64,000 nt of DNA from Gemmatimonadales bacterium (GCA_041741375.1 JBGSKF010000116.1:6784-70783); one strand, 5' to 3'; shown: positions 1 to 11,673, counted from the first letter of the stretch. Made by a program: numbers and translations. The notes: generated by a model not told the origin, from the letters alone.

Positions 1-2
1 CC

Positions 3-1775
3 GCCAAACTGTTCACGGGTGCCCTCGGGACCCCCCATGTCGACACCGATGCCCGACTCCGTTCAGCGAGCGCGGAGGCCGGTCTCGCGAGCAGCTTCGG
101 ACTCGACGGGATCCCGGGCTGTTTCGAGGACGTGGACCAGGCCGATGTCTTCATCCTGTGGGATGAGAATCTTGCCGAGACGGCTCCGGTGCTCTTCTCC
201 CGGATGCTGGCGCGGCGGCGTACCCACCCCGGCGTCCGCATCATCGACCTGACCACGCGAACCACACGGACGAGCTACGCCGCGGACCGCTCCTTTCTTC
301 ACGCTCCGCAGTCCCAGCTCGCTCTTGCCAACGCGATCTGTCAGGAGATCGTCGCGCGAGGCGCCGCGAACCGCGCCTTCCTTGATCGCCACGTCGGGTT
401 CCGGACGGGGAAGACCGACATCGGGTGGGGACTGGGAGAGGAGATCCTGGTCGAGGACGATCCCCGCGCCGCCACCTGGAACGACTTCGTCAGCTTCCTC
501 ACGGAGTATGTGCCCGAGCGGGTGCAACCGATCACCGGGCTCTCGCCGGCGGACACCCGGTGGATTGCCTCCCTCTATGCAGACCGGTCCTTGAACGTTC
601 TGTCGGTCTGGGGGGCGGGCGTGAACCGCCAGGTGCGAGGAACGTGGGTCAACAACGCTCTGCACAACATCCACCTGCTGGTCGGCAAGATTGCCGGACC
701 GGGGAATGGTGGCCTCTGTGTGACGGGAGGCACGGGGGCCGCGGGGACACGGGTGCCCTCCGCGCTCCTGCGCGGCCGGAGTCTCGTCGAGATGTTTCGG
801 GCTCTGGAGCGGGGTGAGATCCGATTCCTGTGGATCCAGTCCTCCGATCCGCTGGCGAGTCTGCCGAATCTGAATCGCTATCGGCGCGCCGCGGCGACGG
901 GCGATCGTTTCCTGGTCGTGTCCGATGCGTACCCGACTCCCACGACCGATCGTGCCCACGTGGTGCTGCCGAGCGCCTGGTGGCTGGAGACGGAAACGGT
1001 GCGGGAGAATGCGGGTCGTCGCCTGCAGTATCACCCGTCGCTGGCGTCTCCTCCGGGGGAGGCGATGGATGACGGATGGCAGGTGATGGAGGTCGCGCGG
1101 CGCCTGGGGCATGGGGACAAGATGCCCTGGACTCGCGGAGCGCAGGGCGCCGGCGCATGGGAGGAGTACCGCGGCCTCCGGAACGCCCCTGATGTCGGGC
1201 TTCCCTCTATCGAGATGTTGCGGACCACTCCCGGTCTTCTCTGGCCTCTCGTGGACGGCCAGGAGACGCGCTGGAGGTACAACACTCGTCACGATCCCGC
1301 GGCCGATCCCGCCCGGGGGGCATTCGATTTCTACGGGCATGAGGATCACAGGGCCTGGATCTGGTTGCGTCCCCACGAGGTGGCTCCCGAGGTCCCGGAT
1401 CGAGGGTATCCCTTCACGCTGGTGACGGGGGAGATCCTGGAGCACGGGGGGACCGGTGTCCTGACCCGTCGGATTCCGACCCTGCACCGCGCGGTGCCCC
1501 AGGGGTATGTCGAGCTGAACCTGGAGGATGCCCGTGCCCTCGGCATTCGCGCCAACGACCTCGTGCGCCTGATCAGCCGGCGCGGCGCCCTGGAACTTCC
1601 GGCACGGATCGACCATCGGTCGCAGCCGCCCCGAGGACAGGTGTTCGTTCCGGCCTTTGACGAAGGGCATCCGGTTCATCTCCTGACCCTCGATGCCTGC
1701 TGTCCCCTTTCGGGTGAGCCGTCGTACACCTGTGCGGTGCGGGTGGAGCGGGCCGCGTCCCGGAGCGCGGGATGA
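3..1775 (+). CDS. Molybdopterin (bis-MGD) oxidoreductase catalytic subunit, NapA-like nitrate-reductase clade; 5' end lies outside the window
   Basis: Frame is open from the window edge (AKLFTGALGTPHVDTDARLRSASAEAGLASSFGLDGIPGCFEDVDQADVFILWDEN...), which reads like the conserved core of the NapA/NasA/Fdh family. C-terminal molybdopterin-binding barrel is present (YPFTLVTGEILEHGG...YVELNLEDA...DLVRLISRRG...VFVPAFD). The track start at 132 is an internal GTG. The stop overlaps the next start (ATGA 1772-1775). Substrate is inferred only from the NapB-like partner. Confidence 0.85.
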   Translation, partial: AKLFTGALGTPHVDTDARLRSASAEAGLASSFGLDGIPGCFEDVDQADVFILWDENLAETAPVLFSRMLARRRTHPGVRIIDLTTRTTRTSYAADRSFLHAPQSQLALANAICQEIVARGAANRAFLDRHVGFRTGKTDIGWGLGEEILVEDDPRAATWNDFVSFLTEYVPERVQPITGLSPADTRWIASLYADRSLNVLSVWGAGVNRQVRGTWVNNALHNIHLLVGKIAGPGNGGLCVTGGTGAAGTRVPSALLRGRSLVEMFRALERGEIRFLWIQSSDPLASLPNLNRYRRAAATGDRFLVVSDAYPTPTTDRAHVVLPSAWWLETETVRENAGRRLQYHPSLASPPGEAMDDGWQVMEVARRLGHGDKMPWTRGAQGAGAWEEYRGLRNAPDVGLPSIEMLRTTPGLLWPLVDGQETRWRYNTRHDPAADPARGAFDFYGHEDHRAWIWLRPHEVAPEVPDRGYPFTLVTGEILEHGGTGVLTRRIPTLHRAVPQGYVELNLEDARALGIRANDLVRLISRRGALELPARIDHRSQPPRGQVFVPAFDEGHPVHLLTLDACCPLSGEPSYTCAVRVERAASRSAG

Positions 1776-2620
1776 CCGATCGGCGCGACCAGGCCACCGG
1801 CCCTCTCACCCGGCTTCTTCTCATCGGCCTCGCCATCGCGGCGATGGTCGGGCTCATCGCGGGCCTCGCCCTCTCCACGTTGCCGCACCGGGAGAAGGGG
1901 AGTCCCGTGGAGAGCGTCGTGATCGTGGCAGCCACAGCCCCGATCCCGGCGGAGGCCGACGTCTTCCGGGCAGTGCCGGTCGACGTGCCGGGCGCTACCC
2001 TCGGAAGGGGCGGCGAGCCCCCCCGGCGGGCCACCGCTCGCCCGCGGACCTTGTCGAGATTCCGGGCCAACCGGGCCTACCCCGGCGCGCCGCCTCGCAT
2101 TCCACATGCTCTCACCAACACGGAGTTGCGGACGACAACCTGTCTGGTGTGCCACGAAAGGGGCGGGTACTCCCCGCGCTTTCTGGCCTATGTTCCTCGC
2201 ACTCCCCATCCCGAACTCACCGACTGTCTCCAGTGTCACACGCCCGATGCCCACCTGGCCGGCGTGGCGCTCCCCGCCAACGAGGCCAATGACATCTGTC
2301 GCCAGTGCCATGCCCTGGGAGCCTCCTGGAACCAGCCCGCCACCCACCGGGCCTGGGGTGACGTCGACTGGCGACCCGCCCAGTGGCCTCCGCTGGACCC
2401 GGTACGGGCCTCGGGCACTCCTCCGCCCATTCCGCACGATCTGGCCCTGCGGGGGAACTGCGGAACCTGTCATGTCGGTCAGTCCGCGATCTCGGAAATC
2501 CGCACCGCCCATCCGGAGCGATCCAACTGCCGTCAATGCCACATGACCATCGCCGCCACCGATTCCGTCTACACCCGCACCCCCCGGGCTCCGGCGGACA
2601 CCATGACGGGAATCCCATGA
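1772..2620 (+). CDS. Membrane-anchored pentahaem c-type cytochrome with two NapB-like repeats
   Basis: ATGA-coupled to the upstream gene. N-terminal TM anchor (LTRLLLIGLAIAAMVGLIAGLAL). Five CxxCH motifs (CLVCH, CLQCH, CRQCH, CGTCH, CRQCH). The NapB-type signature occurs twice (PPRIPHAL...CLVCH and PPPIPHDL...CGTCH). Confidence 0.75.
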   Translation: MTDRRDQATGPLTRLLLIGLAIAAMVGLIAGLALSTLPHREKGSPVESVVIVAATAPIPAEADVFRAVPVDVPGATLGRGGEPPRRATARPRTLSRFRANRAYPGAPPRIPHALTNTELRTTTCLVCHERGGYSPRFLAYVPRTPHPELTDCLQCHTPDAHLAGVALPANEANDICRQCHALGASWNQPATHRAWGDVDWRPAQWPPLDPVRASGTPPPIPHDLALRGNCGTCHVGQSAISEIRTAHPERSNCRQCHMTIAATDSVYTRTPRAPADTMTGIP

Positions 2621-3339
2621 TCCGCGCCGCCGCCCTTCTCCTCCTGCTCCTCCTGGTCACCGCCGTGGCCGGTCCCGGCTGTCCTGGGGAGGCACAGCCC
2701 GACGCGGGAGCCTTCCCGGGCGATGCATCACCGCTTCAGGATTCGACGCCAGGGGATTCGCTGGCGCAGCGGGAGCCGGGCGTCCTTTCCTCGGTTGAGG
2801 CGGTGCCGGTGACGGGTCGCACCGGTCCGGGCGGTCGTCCGTTCGAGGTGGGCCGGCGCACACCGGACGCGGTGAACGGACGCATTCGCCGGTTCGGGAC
2901 CCGGCCCCTTCCCGTCCAGTTGCGGCTTCGGTCGCCCGATCTCTCGCGGTATCCGTGCACGTCGTGCCATCAGGGAATCCGACTGGTCATGGCCGACGAG
3001 AGGATACCCGACGCGCACACCGACCTTCAGGTGGTTCATCCCACCGCGACAGGCTCCACCTGCGCCACCTGCCACGCGCCGGAGAACCCCGAACTCCTTG
3101 TGCTCGGAACCCGCGAACGTGCGACCCTGGACCACGCCTACCAGTTGTGTGCGACCTGTCACTTCAGCCAGGTGGAATCCTGGACCGGAGGGGCGCACGG
3201 GAAACGGTTCGACGGCTGGCAGGGTCGGCGTGTGGTCATGGGATGCGCCGACTGTCACGATCCTCACGCCCCCGCCCTGGAGACTCGCATGCCCTTCCGT
3301 CCACCCCGGCTGCATCGTCCCGGGACCCGCACGCCATGA
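2617..3339 (+). CDS. Tetrahaem c-type cytochrome, secreted or lipoprotein-like
   Basis: ATG at 2617 overlaps the previous stop (ATGA). N-terminus MIRAAALLLLLLLVTAVAGPGC. Four CxxCH motifs (CTSCH, CATCH, CATCH, CADCH). The track start at 2383 would overlap the previous gene. Confidence 0.75.
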   Translation: MIRAAALLLLLLLVTAVAGPGCPGEAQPDAGAFPGDASPLQDSTPGDSLAQREPGVLSSVEAVPVTGRTGPGGRPFEVGRRTPDAVNGRIRRFGTRPLPVQLRLRSPDLSRYPCTSCHQGIRLVMADERIPDAHTDLQVVHPTATGSTCATCHAPENPELLVLGTRERATLDHAYQLCATCHFSQVESWTGGAHGKRFDGWQGRRVVMGCADCHDPHAPALETRMPFRPPRLHRPGTRTP

Positions 3340-4295
3340 TCCCGCATCCCGGATCCGTACCCACGACGGGGGCCGCCCCGTCCGCGGGCACCCCGATCAC
3401 GCGGCGCACGGCGTTGACCACCCTGGCCGCCAGCGTGGCGGGGGCGGCCGCCTGCTCCCGTCAGGAGGTGACGGAAGAGACCGCGGAGGCGCGGGGTCTG
3501 GAGTGGCGGGAACAGATCAAACGCAACTACCGCCTCATGACGGAGGAGGAACGGGCGGAGACGATCGCTCGTCTGGAGCGTCTGGCCCTTCTCCGGCGTG
3601 GGGAGGAGGTGTCGATCGCCTCCTCTTCCGCCCAACCGGGTGTGACCTTCGGCTACGCGTTCAACATCTCGAAGTGCAAGGGATTCCGGAGCTGCGTCGA
3701 GGCGTGCATCAACGAGAACAACCTCGATCGTCGCGCGGAAACCCAGTACATCCGGATCTTCGAGATGGAAGAAAGCGGCGGGGTCGACCTGGATCACGCC
3801 ACCGCCACCTTCCAGCACGACGTCCCGGCCGAGGGTCACTTCTACCTCGGCACCCAGTGCTTCCAGTGCGCCAACCCTCCCTGCGTCCAGGTCTGCCCCG
3901 TCGGGGCGACATGGCAGGAGCCGGACGGCATCACGGTGATCGATTACGACTGGTGCATCGGATGCCGTTATTGCATGGCGGCGTGTCCCTACTGGGCGCG
4001 GCGCTTCAACTGGAGTGAACCCGAGGTTCCCGCCGGCGAGGTGAACCCCAATCAGCACTATCTCGGCAACCGGGCGCGCAAGAAGGGGGTGGTGGAAAAA
4101 TGCACCTTCTGCATTCACCGCACGCGGGAGGGGAGGCTGCCGGCCTGCGCCGAGGCGTGCCCGACGGGTGCGCGGGTGTTCGGCAACCTGCTCGATCCGG
4201 ACTCGGAGATCCGCTGGGTGCTCGAGCACAAGAAGGTTTTCCGGTTGAAGGAGGACCTGAACACCGAACCACGGTTCTGGTACTTCACGGACTGA
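3336..4295 (+). CDS. 4x[4Fe-4S] ferredoxin-type subunit, NrfC/HybA/DmsB family, Tat-exported
   Basis: ATGA overlap at 3336-3339. Twin-arginine signal (ITRRTALTTLAASVAGAAAC). Four Cys clusters (CKGFRSCVEAC, CFQCANPPCVQVCP, CIGCRYCMAACP, CTFCIHR...CAEACP). Confidence 0.85.
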   Translation: MIPHPGSVPTTGAAPSAGTPITRRTALTTLAASVAGAAACSRQEVTEETAEARGLEWREQIKRNYRLMTEEERAETIARLERLALLRRGEEVSIASSSAQPGVTFGYAFNISKCKGFRSCVEACINENNLDRRAETQYIRIFEMEESGGVDLDHATATFQHDVPAEGHFYLGTQCFQCANPPCVQVCPVGATWQEPDGITVIDYDWCIGCRYCMAACPYWARRFNWSEPEVPAGEVNPNQHYLGNRARKKGVVEKCTFCIHRTREGRLPACAEACPTGARVFGNLLDPDSEIRWVLEHKKVFRLKEDLNTEPRFWYFTD

Positions 4296-4313
4296 CCACG
4301 GGACGAGGCGACG

Positions 4314-5642
4314 ATGCACCTGAAAGCGTTTCTGCTGGTGGGTCTGGACTCCGCGACGAACGGGGGGCGTCGTTACCACGTGTGGATGGGGGCACTCACC
4401 CTGATCATGCTGATCGGCGGGTACGCCTATGCGGTGCAGCTCCGGGACGGACTCGGGGTCACCGGCATGAGCGATCATGTGAGCTGGGGTTTCTACATCG
4501 CCAATTTCACCTTTCTGGTGGGCCTGGCCGCGGCCGCGATGATGCTGGTCCTGCCGGCGTATGTGCTCAAGGATGTGGACTTCGCCAAGGCCGTTCTGAT
4601 GGCGGAGGCGGTGGCCGTCGCGGCGATCGTGATGTGCCTTCTCTTCGTGGTGGTGGACATCGGCAATCCGCTCGCGAGCTGGCACCTCATGCCGTTCGTC
4701 GGCACCCTCAACTGGCCTCGCTCCCTGCTCGCGTGGGACGTGGTCGTGCTGAACGGCTATCTGGTGCTGAATCTGGGGATTCCATTCTACATCCTGTACA
4801 GCCGGTTCGCCGGTCGCCAGCCCGACAAGCGGAAGTACCTGCCCTGGATCTACCTCGCCGTGGTCTGGGCGGTCAGCATCCACCTGGTCACGGCGTTCCT
4901 GCTGGCCGGATTGCCCGCCCGCCCGTTCTGGAACACCGCCCTGCTCGGGCCCCGCTTTCTCGCATCCGCCTTCACGGCCGGTCCGGCCTTCGTGATCGTG
5001 CTGCTCTGGTTCATTCGGAGCCAGACCGCCTACGAGATCGCCGAGGGGGCGTTCACGAAGCTTGCGCTCATTGTCACGGTGGCGGCGCAGATCAACCTGA
5101 TCATGCTTCTTTCCGAGCTGTTCTACAAGTTCTATGCGCCGACCCACCATGGGATCAATGCACGGTATCTCTTCCTCGGGCTCGACGGCCACAACGCCCT
5201 TGTCCCGTGGATATGGGTCTCCGTGGGTCTCAATGTGCTGGCCACGGTCGCCTTGTCCATCCATCCGGTGCGTCGCAACATCCGGGCGTTGATCCCCCTG
5301 TGTGTGGTGCTGTTCGTGGCCGTCTGGATCGAGAAGGGGATCGGGCTGGTGATTCCGGGATTTGTGCCCTCTCCCCTGGGCGAGATCGTCGAATACGTCC
5401 CGAGCGCGATCGAACTGGCTGTGGCGGCCGGGATCTGGGCCCTGGGGCTCTTTGTTCTCACGGTGCTGGTCCGGGTCGCCCTGCCCATCGAACTGGGGTT
5501 GGTCCGCAGCCCGCATCTCCTCCCGCCGGGGCCGACCCGTGCGGGACGATCCCCGGCGCCCGCCCGCCCGGACGAGCGGGTGATCCGTCCGCGCAGTGCC
5601 CCCGAGAGTGGTCCGCGCGGGAGACCGGTTCGGTATCGCTGA
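4314..5642 (+). CDS. NrfD/PsrC-family polytopic membrane quinol-interacting subunit
   Basis: 442-aa protein made of repeated hydrophobic helices. It lies directly after the FeS subunit, as in NrfCD/PsrBC-type modules. The call rests on architecture and sequence resemblance, not on a search. Confidence 0.8.
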   Translation: MHLKAFLLVGLDSATNGGRRYHVWMGALTLIMLIGGYAYAVQLRDGLGVTGMSDHVSWGFYIANFTFLVGLAAAAMMLVLPAYVLKDVDFAKAVLMAEAVAVAAIVMCLLFVVVDIGNPLASWHLMPFVGTLNWPRSLLAWDVVVLNGYLVLNLGIPFYILYSRFAGRQPDKRKYLPWIYLAVVWAVSIHLVTAFLLAGLPARPFWNTALLGPRFLASAFTAGPAFVIVLLWFIRSQTAYEIAEGAFTKLALIVTVAAQINLIMLLSELFYKFYAPTHHGINARYLFLGLDGHNALVPWIWVSVGLNVLATVALSIHPVRRNIRALIPLCVVLFVAVWIEKGIGLVIPGFVPSPLGEIVEYVPSAIELAVAAGIWALGLFVLTVLVRVALPIELGLVRSPHLLPPGPTRAGRSPAPARPDERVIRPRSAPESGPRGRPVRYR

Positions 5643-5695
5643 CGCACCCTGTCCGTGCCGGCTCCGTGCCGGCCACACCTTGAGGAGGCAGATCC

Positions 5696-6646
5696 ATGTC
5701 CAGACACATGCCAAACGACACACGGTATTCGTTCGCCGCGGTGGTCGCGGGGCTCACCACGGCGATCCTTCTGGGGGCCATCCTGGTTGCCGTGGGGCTG
5801 CCTCTGATCGTGGCGGGGGCGGCGGGCGTGGCGCTTGGGCTCTTTCTCGCCGCGTCCATCAAGTACACCGATCAGTGGGAGCGGGCCGTTCTCCTGCGCT
5901 TGGGGAGATATCGCGGGCTCCGAGGCCCCGGGTACTTCACGGTCGTCCCGATCCTCGATCGAGTCAGCGACCACATTGACCAGCGGATTCGGACCACGGC
6001 CTTCGGGGCCGAATCATGCCTCACGCGGGACACGGTGCCCGTCAACGTCGACGCCATCGCTTTCTGGATCGTGTACGACGCCGAGCGAGCCGCCCTGGAA
6101 GTGCAGGACTACGATGAGGCCGTCATCCTGTCGGCTCAGACGGCGTTGCGGGATGCCATCGGCAAGCATGACCTGGCCGAGTTGATCCAGTCCCGGGTCG
6201 AACTGGGGCACGGACTGCGGGATGCGCTCGAGCGGAAGATGGAGAACTGGGGTATCCGGGTGCAGTCGGTCGAAATTCGCGACGTGATCATTCCCCCCGC
6301 GCTCGAGGACGCGATGTCGCGCCAGGCCCAGGCCGAACGGGAACGGCAGGCCCGCATCATTCTGGGCACGGCGGAAACCGAGATTGCCTCCAAGTTCGTC
6401 GAGGCCGCCAACAGTTATCGGAACAACCCCGTGGCCATGAACCTGCGTGCGATGAACATGCTCTATGAGAGCATCGTGAAGCGCGGATCGCTGATGGTGG
6501 TGCCCTCGGGTCTGGCCGATTCGCTCAACCTCCCCGGCATGGTCGGGATGCTCGGCGCCAAGGGAATGGTGCCCCACGCGGGTGAGTTGGCGGACGGTGA
6601 GAGCGCCAAGGCCGAGGATGGTACAGCTCTGCCCTCACGCGACTGA
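5696..6646 (+). CDS. SPFH/Band-7 (stomatin/prohibitin-like) membrane protein
   Basis: GAGGAGG lies upstream of the ATG. N-terminal TM helices are followed by the SPFH core (RAVLLRLGRYRGLRGPGYFTVVPILD...DTVPVNVDAIAFWIVYD...IRDVIIPPALEDAMSRQAQAERERQARI). Confidence 0.85.
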   Translation: MSRHMPNDTRYSFAAVVAGLTTAILLGAILVAVGLPLIVAGAAGVALGLFLAASIKYTDQWERAVLLRLGRYRGLRGPGYFTVVPILDRVSDHIDQRIRTTAFGAESCLTRDTVPVNVDAIAFWIVYDAERAALEVQDYDEAVILSAQTALRDAIGKHDLAELIQSRVELGHGLRDALERKMENWGIRVQSVEIRDVIIPPALEDAMSRQAQAERERQARIILGTAETEIASKFVEAANSYRNNPVAMNLRAMNMLYESIVKRGSLMVVPSGLADSLNLPGMVGMLGAKGMVPHAGELADGESAKAEDGTALPSRD

Positions 6647-6714
6647 GGACCGGACCGGTCCCACGATGGGTCTGCCGCGGCGAACGGCGGGGGGGGGGCG
6701 CGGCCCCGCGGTCG

Positions 6715-7236
6715 TCAAGCGCGTGAAGGGGTCCCTCCGTTCGCTGTGGCACCGGTTCCGAGGGGCCTGGACATGAGGAGAAAGAGCGCAGGCCGGAGGA
6801 GTTTGCCCGGTTCGGAAAAGGGGGCGGTGCCCGTGATCCGGTAGCCCAGGGCCTCGTAGAACGGGACAAGCTCCGTGCGGAGGTCGACCACGCGGATCTC
6901 CATCGTGGTGCACCCCCGTTCTCGTGCCAGGTCTTCCGCTGCGCCGATGAGCCTCCGTCCGACCCCCTGTCCCTGCCGGTCCGGGGCGGTGGCGAGCAAA
7001 CCAAAATATCCGCGGGTTCCCCGGATCCGGACCACCACCGTCCCCACGAACTCTTCACCCCGCGGGTGGGTGGCCGTGGCGACGAGAATGGTGGTCCCCT
7101 CCTCGGCCAGGTCACGGGCGCACTCCTCCTCGGTGATCCGGGGCCCGGTGACGAAGAACTGCTCGACTCGAAAGGCCACGTTGATCAGGCGAGTGATCGC
7201 GGGCACATCACCGGGCGTGGCAGGGCGAACGATCAT
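6715..7236 (-). CDS. GNAT-family N-acetyltransferase
   Basis: Start chosen at MIVRPATPGDVPAITRLINVAF. Acetyl-CoA motif RQGQGVGRRLIGAAE. The track N-terminal extension (to 7341) runs into a palindromic repeat. Confidence 0.75.
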   Translation of the reverse strand: MIVRPATPGDVPAITRLINVAFRVEQFFVTGPRITEEECARDLAEEGTTILVATATHPRGEEFVGTVVVRIRGTRGYFGLLATAPDRQGQGVGRRLIGAAEDLARERGCTTMEIRVVDLRTELVPFYEALGYRITGTAPFSEPGKLLRPALFLLMSRPLGTGATANGGTPSRA

Positions 7237-7288
7237 GCGCCTTCCCCATTGGCCTGATGAACAATGAATGATGAAAGACAACGGACAC

Positions 7289-7317
7289 ATGGATTCCCGC
7301 TTTCGCGGGAATGACGG
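7289..7317. repeat. Small palindromic element of the 'MDSRFRGND' type
   Basis: atggATTCCCGCtttcGCGGGAATgacgg has an 8-bp stem at 7293-7300 / 7305-7312. Related hairpins (gtcatccc...gggatgac type) occur at 39665-39690, 39866-39891, 59545-59575 and 62240-62267. Confidence 0.7.
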
Positions 7318-7336
7318 CCCCCCGGGGATATGACGC

Positions 7337-7423
7337 CCCATTCGCCATTCCCCTTCTCCCTATTCCCCTACTCCCTATTCCCCTATTCCCCTATTCCCTA
7401 TTCCCTATTCCCTATTCCCTACC
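7337..7423 (-). repeat. Heptad array (GGGAATA/GGGGAATA/GGGAGTA)n, G-rich on the minus strand, abutting the gyrB stop
   Basis: Plus strand reads ccattcccc ttctccc tattcccc tactccc tattcccc tattcccc tattccc tattccc tattccc tattccc tacc. On the minus strand this follows the gyrB TGA (7424-7426) directly. Confidence 0.9.
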
Positions 7424-9691
<2,268 letters not shown>

Positions 9692-9695
<4 letters not shown>

Positions 9696-10837
9696 GGGGG
9701 TCCGGCCGCCGGGAAGACACGTCCGTCCTCCACCCGCATCACAGGCAGATTCAGCCCGGGAGGCAGTTCATCGGCCCGGGGTGCGGTGATGAAGATCTGT
9801 CTCCCGTCGGTCCGCTGTTCCAGCCGCGCGGCCAGCCGGCGCTGCCGCTCCCCGTCCAGCTCGGCGAAGATGTCGTCGAGCAGCAGGGCCGGCGCCTGCT
9901 GGCGATCGTGTGCGAGGGTCTCGAGCTCGCACAGCTTCAGGGCGATCGCCGCCGACCGATGCTGGCCCCGCGATCCGAAATCGCGGAACGACCGCCGGTC
10001 TCCCAGCAGAAGGAGGAGGTCGTCGCGATGGGGCCCCGTCATCGTCGCGCGACGGGCCAGATCCCGGGGGAGCGACCGGGCGAGTGCGGCGGGCCATGCC
10101 TCCCGGTGCGCCAGTTGGTCCGTCCCCCGATATTCCATCGCGACTGACATCGGTTCTCCCAGGGTGCCGCACTCCTCCGCAAATCGGATCCGGATCGACT
10201 CGATCCAGGCCAGGCGCCTGGCCACCAACGGCGCGCCGTTGTCCGCCAGTGCCCCGTCAAAGGCACAGGCCACCTCCCGCTGGCCGGCCCGGAGTGCGGC
10301 GTTCCGCTGGGCCAGCGCCATCCGGTACCGCGCCAGGGTTCGCAGGTACGACGGGTCGGCCAGTGCCAGGACCCGGTCGAGATACTGGCGACGTCCGGCG
10401 GCGGCCCCCTGCACAAGCCCCAGGTCGGCGGGGAGAAACGCGACCGCCAGCCACTCCCCGATGGCGTCGCGCTGCCGCTCGAATGGGACGCCGTCCCTCG
10501 CGATGCGCTTGCGCCGGGCCGCCCGCTGAAACGCCGCGGTGAAGACCGTCTCCCCCCGCCCCCCCGCCTCCCGTTCCGCGACAGGGCGCTCTTCGTTCCC
10601 CACGGTGAGCGAGAGATGGAACCCGTCTCCCGCGCCGCTGTCTCCATTCCACCGGACCAGGTCGGTGTCGGGAGCTCCCCGGAAGGACCGATACAGCACC
10701 GGGTAGTAGAGCGCCTCCAGAAGGTTGGTCTTGCCGTGGCCGTTGGGCCCGAGGAACACCGCCCCCGGACCCGGGAGAGAGAGGTCGAGATCGGCCAGAT
10801 TTCGGAACCCTCGCGCCACGATCCGGATCGCCCGCAT
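9692..10837 (-). CDS. recF: DNA replication/repair protein RecF
   Basis: Start at MRAIRIVARGFRNL. Walker A GPNGHGKTNLLEA. Signature region GPHRDDL...SRGQHRSAAIALKL and Walker B LLLDDIFAELD. The track start at 10894 is a GTG overlapping the upstream gene. Confidence 0.9.
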
Positions 10838-10890
10838 CCCCGGAAAAATAGCCGGATCGGGGGGGGAATGGCAGTCTCGGATGCCGACGG

Positions 10891-11673
10891 TCACACGCCC
10901 CGGAACCGGGCCTTCCGCTTCTCCAGAAAGGCGGTCATTCCCTCCCGCATGTCCTCGGTGGCGGAGAGGAGTCCGAAGAGGTTGGCTTCCTGTCTCAGGG
11001 CGGTCTCCCGGTCCACCTCGGTGCTGGAATCAACCAGTTCGAGGCAGGCGGCCACCGCCAGGGGGCCGTTGGCGAGGATCTCCCGCAGCAGGCGCATGGC
11101 TTCGGGGAGGAGTTGGTCTGCGGGCACCACGCGGTTCACCAATCCGATCCGGAAGGCTTCGGCCGCGTCGATGGGAGCGCCGGTGAGGAGCAACTCCAGG
11201 GCCCGCCCGGTGCCGACCAGCCTCGGGAGGCGAACCGTACCGCCATATCCGGGACCGATGCCGAGCTTCACTTCCGGTTGGCCGAACCGGGCCGATTCGG
11301 AGGCGACGCGCAGGTGGCACGCCATCGCGAGTTCGCATCCGCCCCCGAGGGCAAATCCGTTGACCGCGGCGATGACCGGCTTGCCGGCCTGTTCCCAGCT
11401 CCGGAACACCCTCTGTCCGGCGAGCGACCGGGCCTTTCCTTCCAGGGGGGTCTGACTGGCCAGTTCCTCGATGTCCGCCCCCGCGACGAAGGCCCGGGTA
11501 CCCGCTCCGGTCAGAATCGCACCCTGGATCGCCGGATCGGTGGTGATGCGCTCGGCGGCGAGTCCCAGCTCGCGGATGACCGCCCCGTTGAGGGCGTTGA
11601 GCTTCTCGGGGCGATTGATGGTGACGGTCGCGATGCCGTCGGCGACCTCGAAAAGGATGGTCTCGTAGGACAT
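10891..11673 (-). CDS. Enoyl-CoA hydratase/isomerase (crotonase) family protein
   Basis: Start at MSYETILFEVADGIATVTINRPEKLNAL. Contains GAGTRAFVAGADI and AAVNGFALGGGCELAMACH. The upstream track extension reads through repeat DNA. Confidence 0.85.
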   Translation of the reverse strand: MSYETILFEVADGIATVTINRPEKLNALNGAVIRELGLAAERITTDPAIQGAILTGAGTRAFVAGADIEELASQTPLEGKARSLAGQRVFRSWEQAGKPVIAAVNGFALGGGCELAMACHLRVASESARFGQPEVKLGIGPGYGGTVRLPRLVGTGRALELLLTGAPIDAAEAFRIGLVNRVVPADQLLPEAMRLLREILANGPLAVAACLELVDSSTEVDRETALRQEANLFGLLSATEDMREGMTAFLEKRKARFRGV

